Assembly: GCA_963836755.1 (NCBI GenBank)
Contig: CAWIKF010000002.1
Location: forward strand, 1,088,001 to 1,152,000
Reading direction: 5' to 3'
Origin: an uncultured Verrucomicrobiae bacterium
GTDB taxonomy: Bacteria; Verrucomicrobiota; Verrucomicrobiia; Chthoniobacterales; Chthoniobacteraceae
Length of the DNA stretch: 64,000 bases
Made by a program: the position numbers and the translations under genes. Shown here one piece after another: positions 38,439 through 48,434 of the stretch; the stretch's first letter is position 1, and each line of letters opens with the position of its first letter. The notes under the pieces were generated by a model, which saw nothing but the letters and a program-made list of their open reading frames with translations, was not told where the DNA came from and did not search any database.

Positions 38439-39215
38439 ATGAAATTCATCGCCTTTCTGCTCGTGGCGTCGACCGCCGTCGCGCAGGACGTTCCCGACGC
38501 CGCGCCGCATCCCACGGTCCCGACCACTTTGTGGGATATGATCAGCTCCGGCGGCTGGGCGATGATCCCGCTCGCGCTGCTCTCGGTTTTGACCGTGATG
38601 CTCGTGCTCGTTTATCTTTTTACGCTGCGCCGCGGCAGCATCGTATCGGCCCATTATATGAACACGGCCGATGTGCTTTTGAAAAAACGCGACTACCTCG
38701 GCCTGCTCGCCATTTCCAGTCGGCACAGCGAAGCAATCGCTCGCGTCGTGCAGCGGACGCTCGATTTCGCCACGCGCAATCCCAGCACCGACCTGCAGGT
38801 CGTGCGCGAAATCGCGGAGACCGAGGGCGGCACGCAAGCAGCGGCATTGCAGCACCGGATCATTTATCTGGCGGACATCGGGATGCTCGCGCCGATGATT
38901 GGACTGCTCGGCACCGTGCTCGGCATCATCAAATCTTTCGGCGTCCTCGCGAGCAAGGCGACCGCTGACAACTCGCGAAATATGCTGCTCGCTTCCGGAG
39001 TTTCCGAGGCGCTCATCGCGACGGCGAGCGGCCTTATTTTGGGCATCACCGCAATGGCGTTTTACGCGATCTTTCGCGGGCGCGTGCAGAGCTTGATCTC
39101 AGACCTGGAAATCGCGACGACGCATGTGATGGGGCTGATCGCGCTCAATTACAACACGCGCAAACGCGACCGGGAACGCGAGCAATCGCGCGTGGCGGTG
39201 GACGATGATTTTTAA
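38439..39215 (+). CDS. MotA/TolQ/ExbB proton channel protein
   Basis: APMIGLLGTVLGII, GVSEALIATASGL. Confidence 0.9.
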   Translation: MKFIAFLLVASTAVAQDVPDAAPHPTVPTTLWDMISSGGWAMIPLALLSVLTVMLVLVYLFTLRRGSIVSAHYMNTADVLLKKRDYLGLLAISSRHSEAIARVVQRTLDFATRNPSTDLQVVREIAETEGGTQAAALQHRIIYLADIGMLAPMIGLLGTVLGIIKSFGVLASKATADNSRNMLLASGVSEALIATASGLILGITAMAFYAIFRGRVQSLISDLEIATTHVMGLIALNYNTRKRDREREQSRVAVDDDF

Positions 39216-39227
39216 CGCACTGCCGCG

Positions 39228-39641
39228 ATGAATTTTCGCCGCCGCGCCAAGCCCGAAATCTTCGGGTTTCAGATCGCACCGATGGTGGACATCCTGCTGG
39301 TGCTGCTGGTTTTTTTCATCGTCACGTGGAATTTCGCTCTCAGCGAAAATGAGCTCGACGTCAAAATTCCGAATGCGAGCAAGGCGCAGGCGCAACGGCC
39401 GTATGTCGGGCAGGTCGTCGTCAATGTGAAGGCCGATGGAACCATCGTATTTCAGCGCAAGCCGATCACCGGACCGGAGCTGTTGAAAAAACTGCAGGAG
39501 CTCGCAAAACTTTTTCCAGATCAAGCCGTGATTTTGCGCGGCGACCAGCGCGTTGATTACAAACACATCGTGGACGTGCTCGATCTTTGCCGCTCGGCAA
39601 ACATCTGGAATGTGGCATTCGCGACCGGCAAGATCGACTAA
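39228..39641 (+). CDS. ExbD/TolR biopolymer transport protein
   Basis: APMVDILLVLLVFF, VILRGD. Confidence 0.9.
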   Translation: MNFRRRAKPEIFGFQIAPMVDILLVLLVFFIVTWNFALSENELDVKIPNASKAQAQRPYVGQVVVNVKADGTIVFQRKPITGPELLKKLQELAKLFPDQAVILRGDQRVDYKHIVDVLDLCRSANIWNVAFATGKID

Positions 39642-39667
39642 CGCTGCGTCAGCAAAAGATTAACAAC

Positions 39668-42139
39668 GTGCGCACAGGCCCAATTCTCATCTTTCGTGCT
39701 GCCGCGGCCTCTGCGCTCGCGCTCGCCGTCGCGCACGGCCAGGAAGTTCGTCGCGCGCTTCCCGTCAACGAACCGCCGACGGCGACGGCCGTGCCATTTG
39801 ATTTTGACAAGGCTTCGCCGAAGCCGCACTCGGAGCGGCCAACGATCCTGGACGAAACCGGCCCGCGCAGCGCGCCCACGCCGCTGGACACAACGGTGAG
39901 CGCGCCTTCGCCGGATCAAGTTCAGCTCGACTTCGCGAACGGATTTTACGCGCGCAAACTTTATGATCTCGCCGCGCCGGAATACGAAAAATATCTCGGC
40001 ACCTACGCGAATCAGCCCCAGCGTGCGTCGGCACTTTTTCGGCTCGGCGAATGTTATCGCCTGCTCGGAAATATCACCGCGGCGAAAAACGCCTACGAGA
40101 CATTGATCTCCAGTTTCACGATCGGTGAATTTGTCGGCCCGGCTGCGTATCGTCTTGGCGAATTACTTTACGCCGAGAAAAATTATACCAGCGCTCTCGC
40201 CGCATATCGGAAAGCATCGGTGCGGCTGAAGGATCCCGCTGTTGTTCTTGCCGCAAAATATTACAGCGCGCGCTGTCTCGAAAATCTCAGGTCGCCGGCG
40301 GAGGCGCGGCTGCTTTTCGAGGACATCATCGCGGCGAAAGGCGACAATGAATTTCGCGACGCGAGCCATCTCGCTCTTGCGGAAATCTTTGTCGACAGCG
40401 ATCACAAGGAGGAGGCGCTCAAGCAGCTCGAGGCGCTGCAACAGGAAACGACAAAACCAGATTTAAAAGTCGAAGCGCTCGTCCGCGCCGGGCTGCTAAA
40501 AATCGAACTCGGGCTCGCGGAAAAAGGAGCTGTCGATTTAAAAAAAGCGCTGCAGATGCCCGCCATCGGCCGCTGGCAGCCGATCGCCGAGATCGGATTG
40601 CTCCGCGTGCTTTACGAAACGGGTAAATATCAGCAACTGCTCGACACTTACGAAAAAGCGGCAAAAAACTTTCCGCCGGATGCGAAGCCGGAAGTGTTGC
40701 TGCTCGCGGCGAACTCGATGCGGCAGCTCGGCGATCATAAAGGCGCTCGCGCAATTTACGAGCAGATCACGAAAGATTTTTCGGATTCGGTTTACGCGCA
40801 GGATGCGGCCTACGAACGCCTGGTCAGTCTTTACAACGCCGACGAACCGAACCTCGTGCAGGAAGTCGACAGCTACATCGCGCAGGAAAACCTTGATCCC
40901 GAAAAACGCGCCCGCGCTCAATTGATCAAGGCCGAGTGGTTATTCAAACAAAAGAAATTCCCGGAGGCTGCGGCAGTTTATGCCGAGCTGCAGAATTCGA
41001 AGCTGCCGTCGAACCTGAAAGCCGAGGCAATTTTTAAGCTCGGCTGGTGCCTGATGCAGACCGGCGAGAACGAGCGGGCGATTGGAGCGTTCAGCGATTA
41101 CCTCAGCGGATATCCGCTAAACAAGCTCGTGCCGGCCGCGCTGGCGCAACGCGCGATCGCCTATCAACGGAGTCAAAATTTCAAGATGGCGCTGAAGGAT
41201 TTCAACGAGGTCATCACGCGGTTTTCAAAAGCGCCGGAGCGCGAACTCGCGTTTCAGCAGAAGGCGCTCGTGCTCGGCCAGCAGCAGGACAACGCGGGCA
41301 TGGCCGACACATTCAAACAATTGCTGAAAGATTATCCGCATTCTGCAGCGGCGGCGCAGGCGAATTACTGGATCGGCTGGGCGGCCTTTGAGCAGAAGGA
41401 TTACAAGGCGGCGCTTCCGCCGCTCGAGGCCGCGCGTAAGCTCGACCGGGAACAGTTTTTTGAGCGCGCTTCGCTGCGGATCATGCTCGCGCATTACTAC
41501 CTCGAAAATCGCGACGCGCTTGCTACGGATATTGATGAATACATGCGCGGCGCGCCGAAGGGTAAGGTGCCGGCCGAGGTGCTGCGCTGGCTTGGCACTG
41601 CGAGTTTGGCGGACAAGAATTTCGCAGCCGCGGACAAATATCTCACGCAACTTTCTCAGCGCGATGGTGAGACGGAGATGGATGACTGGCTCAATCTTGG
41701 ACGCGCGCAGCTTCAGGAAAAAAAATATGCGGAGGCCGCGAAGTCGCTTCATTCCTACCTCAATGCCGCAAAGCAACCGGCGCCGCGCGCTGCCGGCCTG
41801 CTCGCGCTCGGCCAGGCGCAGCTCGGGCTTGAGCAATATGACGACGCGCAAAAATCTGCGGACGAAGCCTGCACGCTACAGACGGAAGGAAAGCTGAATG
41901 CGCAGGGGCGTTTGCTTTCGGGCGACATCGCCGCTGCCCGCGGTGAAAACGAACAGGCGTCGAAGATTTACCGCGGAATTTCGGTGATCATCGATGATCC
42001 CGAGATCACGCCGAAGGCTTTGGAGAAAGCTTATCTCATCTTGAAAAAGACCGGCGACGAGGCAGAGGCGGCAAAAATCCTCAACGATCTCCAGACGCGC
42101 TATCCGGAGTATCAATTGACCTCCGCGCAGACGCATTAA
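39668..42139 (+). CDS. secreted tetratricopeptide-repeat protein
   Basis: Signal peptide from GTG 39668, many TPRs (ALFRLGECY, AIFKLGWCL, ANYWIGWAAF). Confidence 0.85.
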   Translation: MRTGPILIFRAAAASALALAVAHGQEVRRALPVNEPPTATAVPFDFDKASPKPHSERPTILDETGPRSAPTPLDTTVSAPSPDQVQLDFANGFYARKLYDLAAPEYEKYLGTYANQPQRASALFRLGECYRLLGNITAAKNAYETLISSFTIGEFVGPAAYRLGELLYAEKNYTSALAAYRKASVRLKDPAVVLAAKYYSARCLENLRSPAEARLLFEDIIAAKGDNEFRDASHLALAEIFVDSDHKEEALKQLEALQQETTKPDLKVEALVRAGLLKIELGLAEKGAVDLKKALQMPAIGRWQPIAEIGLLRVLYETGKYQQLLDTYEKAAKNFPPDAKPEVLLLAANSMRQLGDHKGARAIYEQITKDFSDSVYAQDAAYERLVSLYNADEPNLVQEVDSYIAQENLDPEKRARAQLIKAEWLFKQKKFPEAAAVYAELQNSKLPSNLKAEAIFKLGWCLMQTGENERAIGAFSDYLSGYPLNKLVPAALAQRAIAYQRSQNFKMALKDFNEVITRFSKAPERELAFQQKALVLGQQQDNAGMADTFKQLLKDYPHSAAAAQANYWIGWAAFEQKDYKAALPPLEAARKLDREQFFERASLRIMLAHYYLENRDALATDIDEYMRGAPKGKVPAEVLRWLGTASLADKNFAAADKYLTQLSQRDGETEMDDWLNLGRAQLQEKKYAEAAKSLHSYLNAAKQPAPRAAGLLALGQAQLGLEQYDDAQKSADEACTLQTEGKLNAQGRLLSGDIAAARGENEQASKIYRGISVIIDDPEITPKALEKAYLILKKTGDEAEAAKILNDLQTRYPEYQLTSAQTH

Positions 42140-42196
42140 CGTCTGTTTAAATAATCGTGGCGTATCTTTTCCGCCTCGTCTAAAACGGCAGGTGGA

Positions 42197-44491
42197 ATGA
42201 GGTTTTGGGTCCAGCCGCGCCAGCCTTGCATCGGGCTCGTGGTTTGCGCGACCGCGGCGATTCTGGCTGCGGATCATTTTGCGCCCGACCCGCTCTGGAT
42301 CTGGATTCCGCTGGTTTTGAGCGCGGTCTGTTGGTGTCTCAGGCGGCGCCTCGCTCTCTTTTGGATACTTGCTTTCTGTGCCATTTTCCTGAGGCATGAA
42401 TTGAAGCGAGACAGCGCCGGCAAAACGCTCTCACACGAATTCGACAGCGGCGCAAGACCGGTGCACGGAATCGGAATCGTCCTCGACGACCCGAGGCCAA
42501 TCGAGAGTTCGCGCGGCATTCCGCGCTCGCGTTTTGCGATTCACGTCGAGTCGCTAACCGCGGAGGCGTCCGAATGTCCTCGTGGTGCAAAGGCAGTGAT
42601 GATTTGGAAGGGATCGCCGCCGGAGTATGGCGACCGTGTGATTTTTAGCGGTGATGCCGAGAACATTCCGCCGGTGCGAAATCCCGGCGAATTTGATTTC
42701 ACGAATCTTCAGCATCGGCGCGGAATTTTTTCCGAAATTCACATTCGCTATGCCAATGACGCCAAGGTCGAAAGTCATGGCCACGGGAATCCTCTGATCG
42801 TTTTTGCCAGCCATGCGCGAAGTTGGATGCAGCAAAAGTTGACGGTCGATTTGCACGAGGCGCCGGACGTCGCCGGCCTCGTGCAAAGCATGGTGCTTGG
42901 GCTGAAGGACGAGACGCCGCTGGAAACGCGCGAGATGTTTCAACGCACCGGCACGCTGCATCTGTTCGTCGTCAACGGACTGCACGTCGGCATGTTCGGG
43001 CTCATCGCGTGGTTCATCCTCAAGCCGCTCGGCATCAGGCGTCGCGCCTCGGTCTTCATCATCGTGCCGTTGCTCGCGTTTTATTCGCTGGCGACGGGTT
43101 TCAGTCCCGGGAGCATTCGCGCTACGGTCATGGCGGCGATATTGCTGGGCGGTTTTCTGGCCGATCGCGATCCACTTTCCTTCAACAGCCTCGCCGCCGC
43201 GGCATTCATCATTCTGATGTGGGATTCAAACGAACTGTTTATGCCAGGCTTCCAATTTTCCTTCGGCGTCGTCTTTACGATTCTGCTGCTCTCCGCGCGG
43301 CTACGGCGCCGGTTGCTGCCGCTCGCGCAGCCAGATCCGTTTTTACCGCGGCTGCTTTGGACGCGGGTTCAAAACGGACGCGTATGGCTTTGGCAGCGCA
43401 TCGCGACGCTCATCGCGGTCACGACCTCGGCAAGTGTCGGTTCGAGCCCGTTCACCGCAACATATTTCCATCTGCTCGCGCCTTCCTCATTGCTCGCAAA
43501 CCTTTTGGTGGTGCCGCTCGCGCTCGGAGTTTTATTCGAGGGAGTGCTGTCCATGGTCGGCGGAATTGTCAGCAATGCGATTTCCGCTCTGTTTAATAAT
43601 GTCAACTTTGTGTTGGCGCATATGATTTTGAGCCTGGTGCACCTTTTTGCTGAAATTCCTGGGGGACACGTTTTTCTGGAGCTGCCGAAAAGGCATTCAG
43701 CTTGTGAAATAACGGTCCTCGATCTCGGGGCGGGCGGCGCGGCTTATGTCCGCGGCGGAGGCTGCAATTGGCTAATCGATTGCGGGAATGATTTTGCCTA
43801 CGAAAACACAGTCCGGCCGCTGCTCCGCTCGCGCGGCGTGAATCGTCTGGATGGGCTCGTGCTCACGCATGGGGACGTCGCGCATATTGGCGCGGCGCCT
43901 TTCACGCTCGCTGATTTTTCGCCGCGAGAAATCGTCGATTCCGCGTTGGTCGATCGTTCCCCGAGCAGGCGCGCGATTCACGGGATGCTCGCCGCGAAAC
44001 GGCTCGGGAAGAGCATCTGCGTCGCGGGCGATGTTTTGTCACTTGGCGAAAATATCAGCGCGCGTGTCCTGTATCCATCGCCTGACAATCAGGGACGGAC
44101 GGCCGATGACAAGGCGCTGGTGCTGCAAATCGAAAGCTGCGGAACACGCGTCTTGTGCATGTCTGACAGCGGTTTTCCGACTGAACAATGGCTGCTGAAT
44201 CACGAGGCCGATTTGCGCAGCGACATCCTCGTGAAAGGCCAGCACGCATCCGACATTTCCGGCTCGCCGGATTTTCTCGCGGCCGTAAAACCGCGCGTGA
44301 TCATTTGCTCTGGCGCGAGTTTTCCGCGGCGCGAGCAGGTGTCGGAAGATTGGGCGCATGCGGTCGCGGCGCACGGCATCGCATTATTCCGGCAGGATCA
44401 AACGGGAGCGGTGGAAATTGCGATCGATTCTGATGGTTGGAACGTCAACAGCTTCCTCGGACATCAGGTCTTCACCAATCGCAGCCGGTAA
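42197..44491 (+). CDS. comEC: ComEC/Rec2 competence protein
   Basis: HLFVVNGLHVG, RATVM, PGFQFSF, C-terminal metallo-beta-lactamase-like domain (LTHGDVAHIG). Confidence 0.9.
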   Translation: MRFWVQPRQPCIGLVVCATAAILAADHFAPDPLWIWIPLVLSAVCWCLRRRLALFWILAFCAIFLRHELKRDSAGKTLSHEFDSGARPVHGIGIVLDDPRPIESSRGIPRSRFAIHVESLTAEASECPRGAKAVMIWKGSPPEYGDRVIFSGDAENIPPVRNPGEFDFTNLQHRRGIFSEIHIRYANDAKVESHGHGNPLIVFASHARSWMQQKLTVDLHEAPDVAGLVQSMVLGLKDETPLETREMFQRTGTLHLFVVNGLHVGMFGLIAWFILKPLGIRRRASVFIIVPLLAFYSLATGFSPGSIRATVMAAILLGGFLADRDPLSFNSLAAAAFIILMWDSNELFMPGFQFSFGVVFTILLLSARLRRRLLPLAQPDPFLPRLLWTRVQNGRVWLWQRIATLIAVTTSASVGSSPFTATYFHLLAPSSLLANLLVVPLALGVLFEGVLSMVGGIVSNAISALFNNVNFVLAHMILSLVHLFAEIPGGHVFLELPKRHSACEITVLDLGAGGAAYVRGGGCNWLIDCGNDFAYENTVRPLLRSRGVNRLDGLVLTHGDVAHIGAAPFTLADFSPREIVDSALVDRSPSRRAIHGMLAAKRLGKSICVAGDVLSLGENISARVLYPSPDNQGRTADDKALVLQIESCGTRVLCMSDSGFPTEQWLLNHEADLRSDILVKGQHASDISGSPDFLAAVKPRVIICSGASFPRREQVSEDWAHAVAAHGIALFRQDQTGAVEIAIDSDGWNVNSFLGHQVFTNRSR

Positions 44492-45072
44492 ATCTCAAGG
44501 CCTTTCGCGCGAAAGCGCCGCTCGAAATTTGTTTGCGGATAATCTGGATCCTCCGGCCATTCGATCTGCTGGAAGCAAAAATTCTCTGCAAGTGTCTTGC
44601 GAATGGCGTCAAAGTAAACTGCATCGTCTGTCTTGATGCGGAGCTCGCCGCCTGTCTGCAGTGCAGCGGTTACGGCGGCGAGAAATTCCGCGTTGAACAA
44701 ACGTCGCGGCCAATGTTTGCGCTTCGGCCACGGATCGGGAAATGCAACGTGAAAGGTGGACACCGAATCGGATGGCAGCAGGTGGCGCACGGCATATGCG
44801 CTTTCCAAACGCAAAATCCGCACATTGCACAGATCAAGGCGCAGAGCGGCTTCGCAGGTTTTTCGCACGCGACCCACCAGTCGCTCGATTCCTAAAAAGT
44901 TGCGGTCGGGAAACTTTCTCGCCATCGCCAGCAGGAATCGGCCGGGGCCGGAGCCGATGTCCACTTCCAGCGGCGCGGGTTGTGAAAAAAGTGCATCGAG
45001 TGGGAGATGCGCGAAATAGTTTTCAGGAAGGAATTCCACCGCGTTAACCTGATTCACGGTCGACTCGGTCAC
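44464..45072 (-). CDS. trmB: tRNA (guanine-N7)-methyltransferase
   Basis: DIGSGPG, FLGIE, FPDPWPKRKH, IKTD, TNFERRF. Confidence 0.92.
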   Translation of the reverse strand: MTESTVNQVNAVEFLPENYFAHLPLDALFSQPAPLEVDIGSGPGRFLLAMARKFPDRNFLGIERLVGRVRKTCEAALRLDLCNVRILRLESAYAVRHLLPSDSVSTFHVAFPDPWPKRKHWPRRLFNAEFLAAVTAALQTGGELRIKTDDAVYFDAIRKTLAENFCFQQIEWPEDPDYPQTNFERRFRAKGLEIYRLRLVKT

Positions 45073-45860
45073 GGCGTGCGTCCCGCAAATTTGACGCTGT
45101 TAAGTTCGGCCCAGGCGCTTCCGACGAAAATACTCGCCTGCACTTTCAAAAGCAGCCGATCGCCGTCATCGGATAGCCACGCAAATGCCCGTTTGAATTT
45201 CTGGTGCGGCTCGAGTTTGAAATCTCGCGTGATGCGCTGGAGACCGAGTTCCAGCTTGATTGCAGGGTAGCGTCCGCATTTCACCTGCACGCGATCGTGC
45301 TCCAGCACGCGGACGGTGGCGAGATAAGGAGTGCTCGCGGGATAAACCACAATGTTAAGCACCTCGTTATCTTTCAGTCGCTGGCTGCGCAAGAAAAGCA
45401 ACGCACTGTGCAGATCATAAAGATTGGGATAATCGAAGCGCCTGCGTTTTGCCGGCGTGGGATCAGCCGGCTTTGATTCGCGAAAGCGCGTCACTCCATC
45501 CGCGGTGAAACTGAGCTCCGTGCGAAGCGTTTTGCCGTGATAAATCTCGAGTTGATTCATGCTGATCGGGAGCAGTGTCGCGGAATTCGCTCGCGCGCGG
45601 TGTGTGGCGTCCATCGACCAAAGCGTCCGCACAAAACCTGTGGTGCCGCCTTTCGCCTCAAGCTCAGCCACGCCGGGCGCGTGGGAAAAATCCACTTGGA
45701 TTTCCCCCGCACTCAATGCCGCCCAGCCGCAGCGATACGTCGCGTGCATCGGGCGCGGGAGCGGGAAATCTCCCGGCGTGGGCGGAGTGACCTGACTTTG
45801 CCAATCGCCGAATGCAGCAGCGGCTGGGAGTGCCAACAGCGCGAGTGCGCAGCGAATCAT
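45069..45860 (-). CDS. secreted DUF3108-like protein
   Basis: Signal peptide, YDLHSALLFLR, GRYPAIKL, WLSDDGDRLLLK. Confidence 0.7.
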   Translation of the reverse strand: MIRCALALLALPAAAAFGDWQSQVTPPTPGDFPLPRPMHATYRCGWAALSAGEIQVDFSHAPGVAELEAKGGTTGFVRTLWSMDATHRARANSATLLPISMNQLEIYHGKTLRTELSFTADGVTRFRESKPADPTPAKRRRFDYPNLYDLHSALLFLRSQRLKDNEVLNIVVYPASTPYLATVRVLEHDRVQVKCGRYPAIKLELGLQRITRDFKLEPHQKFKRAFAWLSDDGDRLLLKVQASIFVGSAWAELNSVKFAGRTP

Positions 45861-46615
45861 GCGCTGGGGATTACTTTCTCGATGTCCTTTGCGGCGATCC
45901 AGGCGCGGGTTTGGTTTGGCAACTCGCAATAAGTCCACGCGCCGCGTTCGCTCAAAATTTGCACGTGGCTCGCGGTCGCAAGCGTGTCGGCGAGCGTCGC
46001 GGTGTCAGCGGGGGCAAAGCGTGCCTCGGCATGACGGGCCGTGACCACTGCGAGCGTGTCACTTTTTTTCAAACGCCAGATCGCCGTCCCAGCATAGGCG
46101 CAGACAGCCAGGCAGATGCACGCCGCCGACAATAGCGGCGCAGTGTCGCGCGGCTTGCGCAAGGCGAGCACGACGAAACAGGTCAGCGCGAGCCAGCCCG
46201 CCACCGCTGCGACGATGCTGTAACTGCTCGCATTCAATGCCAAAAAAACTCGGTCCATCCACAACGAATTTTCCACGGCCGCACCAGTTTCGTTGCGGAG
46301 AAAGGCGAGATTCGCGCGCGCCTCCGGATGCGCCGGATTGAGAATGAGCGCGCGTTCATAATCAGCGGCTGCAGAGCCGAGATCGCCGAGCCGCACCTCA
46401 TCGTTGGCGAGATTGTAAAATAGGTTCGCGCTGTAGTTTCCCGACTGCACGACCGACTCGTAGAGTTTTTTGGCCTCGGCGAATTTGCCTTCATCGTAGC
46501 GCTGGTTCGCGAGATCGAAATCCGTTGGATTGGCCGCGAATGCATTGCCTGCGCAGATGAGCAGAGCCAGAAGGCAAAACCGGGAGAGCCGTGATGGAAT
46601 CATGTTGTTAAACAT
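45857..46615 (-). CDS. BatE-like TPR-TM-SH3 protein
   Basis: LFYNLAN..YERAL..ARANL, two TM segments, C-terminal SH3-like region. Position in the Bat operon. Confidence 0.82.
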   Translation of the reverse strand: MFNNMIPSRLSRFCLLALLICAGNAFAANPTDFDLANQRYDEGKFAEAKKLYESVVQSGNYSANLFYNLANDEVRLGDLGSAAADYERALILNPAHPEARANLAFLRNETGAAVENSLWMDRVFLALNASSYSIVAAVAGWLALTCFVVLALRKPRDTAPLLSAACICLAVCAYAGTAIWRLKKSDTLAVVTARHAEARFAPADTATLADTLATASHVQILSERGAWTYCELPNQTRAWIAAKDIEKVIPSA

Positions 46616-48434
46616 TCGCAGGTGCGTGCTCAAACCGCCGCACGACTTCCAAAATTTCGCCGCGCCTTTTCGGCGAAATCATGCCCGTGCCTTTTGCCGA
46701 GCCCGCGTAGTGCCATTCCGAATGCTCGTCAAAAATCTCCTGCACATGCGCCGCCGTCTCTTCGTCGAGGTTTCGCGCCGCACAGATTTCATGGACATCG
46801 AGCAAGTTGGGATCGCGCCCGAGCTGCAGCGCGGTGTCGAGTTTGAAAATGCGCGTCACCGTTTCGAGAAAGGCAGCTTCGCTCGCTTCGCGGCCTGCTT
46901 TTTTGAGCAGCTCCGCCTTTTCGCGGCGCAGTTCAATGCTCCGCCGCGTGGCTAGATCACGCTGCCGCGCGCGCGACTTTTGCACGCCGACGAATCCAAT
47001 CAGCGCCATCAGCGGCGCAAACTGCGCAATCCAGAAAACGGGTCGTCGATAAAGCGCAACGAAACTTTCACCCCAATGCGCGGACCCGGTGCGAATGTAT
47101 AAAATGTCGTTCTTCGGCGCAGGGTTGTCGCGCGGAGAGGCAGCCGGAGTCGCCGCGGCCGCGACGCCTGCGGATGGCGTTGGCACCTGGCCTTCGACGG
47201 CGATCGGGATGGGTTTGCCGAGCAGCGTGACGTATTTTTCAGTGAGCGGGTCGAAGTAGGAAAATCGCACCGGCGGCAATTTTGTTTTCGGTTCGTTCGG
47301 AATCAGCGCGGTCGCAAACGTCTTCGTCCCGCTCGTGCCGACGTCGTCATCGGCTTCGAATTTTCCCGACGCCGGATAAGTTCGCCAGCCACTTTCGTCT
47401 TCGAATTCTGGCGCTTTCACGCGATCAAAGTTTCCGCGCCCGTTGATTTTGGTGGTTACCGTGATTGGATCGCCGGCCTTGACGTGGAGCGGGTTTGCGG
47501 ACTCCTCGAGCGTAAAAATGCCGACTGCTCCGGAAAAACTTTTCGGCTGCTGCGCGGTCGGCAGCGGCTTTACGTTGATGGTGACTGGTTCACTTTTGAT
47601 CGTGAGCTGCTGCTGCGTGCCGAAGCCAAAACCGGGGAACGCATCATCGAAAAAATCGAACGGGTCAGCGCTGCGCCGGTGCCGCTGCTGTGGGATCACC
47701 GCGACGCATTCGAGCTCTGCCGGGCCAAGTGTGAGCGTGCCAGCTTTTGCGGCCGTGATCGCAGTTTTAAATGTGACGAGATCGAAATCGCGGCCGTCGC
47801 GCGTGACCTGGTTTTGCTGCGGCTTCGTAATTTTTTGCACCGTGAAACCGTCGCCACCGATCGTCGGCACTTGCTGCGCGTTCCAGCGAATGCGCGAATC
47901 AACGTAAACGCGAAACTCCACCGGCACGACCTCACCGACAAACGCAGTTTGCTTCGGCACGACGAGCTCCGCAAAAATGTCACGCGACGTCGCCTTCCCG
48001 CCAGTCGCCGCGCCGGTTCGCGCGGAATGCGTGCTGCCGCCGCCGACATCGAGATCGACCGCATTGGTTGTAAATTTTTTCCCGCCGACCTCAACCGTTT
48101 GCGGCGGAATCGTGAATTTTCCCCCGCGTTGCGGGACGACGAGATACGTGTGCACGACGCTCATCGTCACCGTGAAATTGTCCATCTGCACTTGCGTCGA
48201 TTGCCCGCTGTAATTGATGCCAAGCCCATCCACGCTGATTTCGCGCGGCGGATTCGCGGAGCGCGCGCCGGTAATTTTGATTTGATATTGCACCGGCTGG
48301 CCCACATCCGTGGTGGTATCGGTGAGGCTCGCGCTCACCTCAACGCCCGCTGCGCGCGCGGCCGGCGCGAAGCAAAGCAGCGCGAGAAAAACCGCGAGCA
48401 CGGCAGAAGTTGGAAACGCTTTTTTTGTCATCAC
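46608..48434 (-). CDS. BatD family protein
   Basis: Signal peptide, Ig-like repeats, VKPLP..FSGAVG, FSYFDP, C-terminal TM segment. Confidence 0.88.
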   Translation of the reverse strand: MMTKKAFPTSAVLAVFLALLCFAPAARAAGVEVSASLTDTTTDVGQPVQYQIKITGARSANPPREISVDGLGINYSGQSTQVQMDNFTVTMSVVHTYLVVPQRGGKFTIPPQTVEVGGKKFTTNAVDLDVGGGSTHSARTGAATGGKATSRDIFAELVVPKQTAFVGEVVPVEFRVYVDSRIRWNAQQVPTIGGDGFTVQKITKPQQNQVTRDGRDFDLVTFKTAITAAKAGTLTLGPAELECVAVIPQQRHRRSADPFDFFDDAFPGFGFGTQQQLTIKSEPVTINVKPLPTAQQPKSFSGAVGIFTLEESANPLHVKAGDPITVTTKINGRGNFDRVKAPEFEDESGWRTYPASGKFEADDDVGTSGTKTFATALIPNEPKTKLPPVRFSYFDPLTEKYVTLLGKPIPIAVEGQVPTPSAGVAAAATPAASPRDNPAPKNDILYIRTGSAHWGESFVALYRRPVFWIAQFAPLMALIGFVGVQKSRARQRDLATRRSIELRREKAELLKKAGREASEAAFLETVTRIFKLDTALQLGRDPNLLDVHEICAARNLDEETAAHVQEIFDEHSEWHYAGSAKGTGMISPKRRGEILEVVRRFEHAPANV

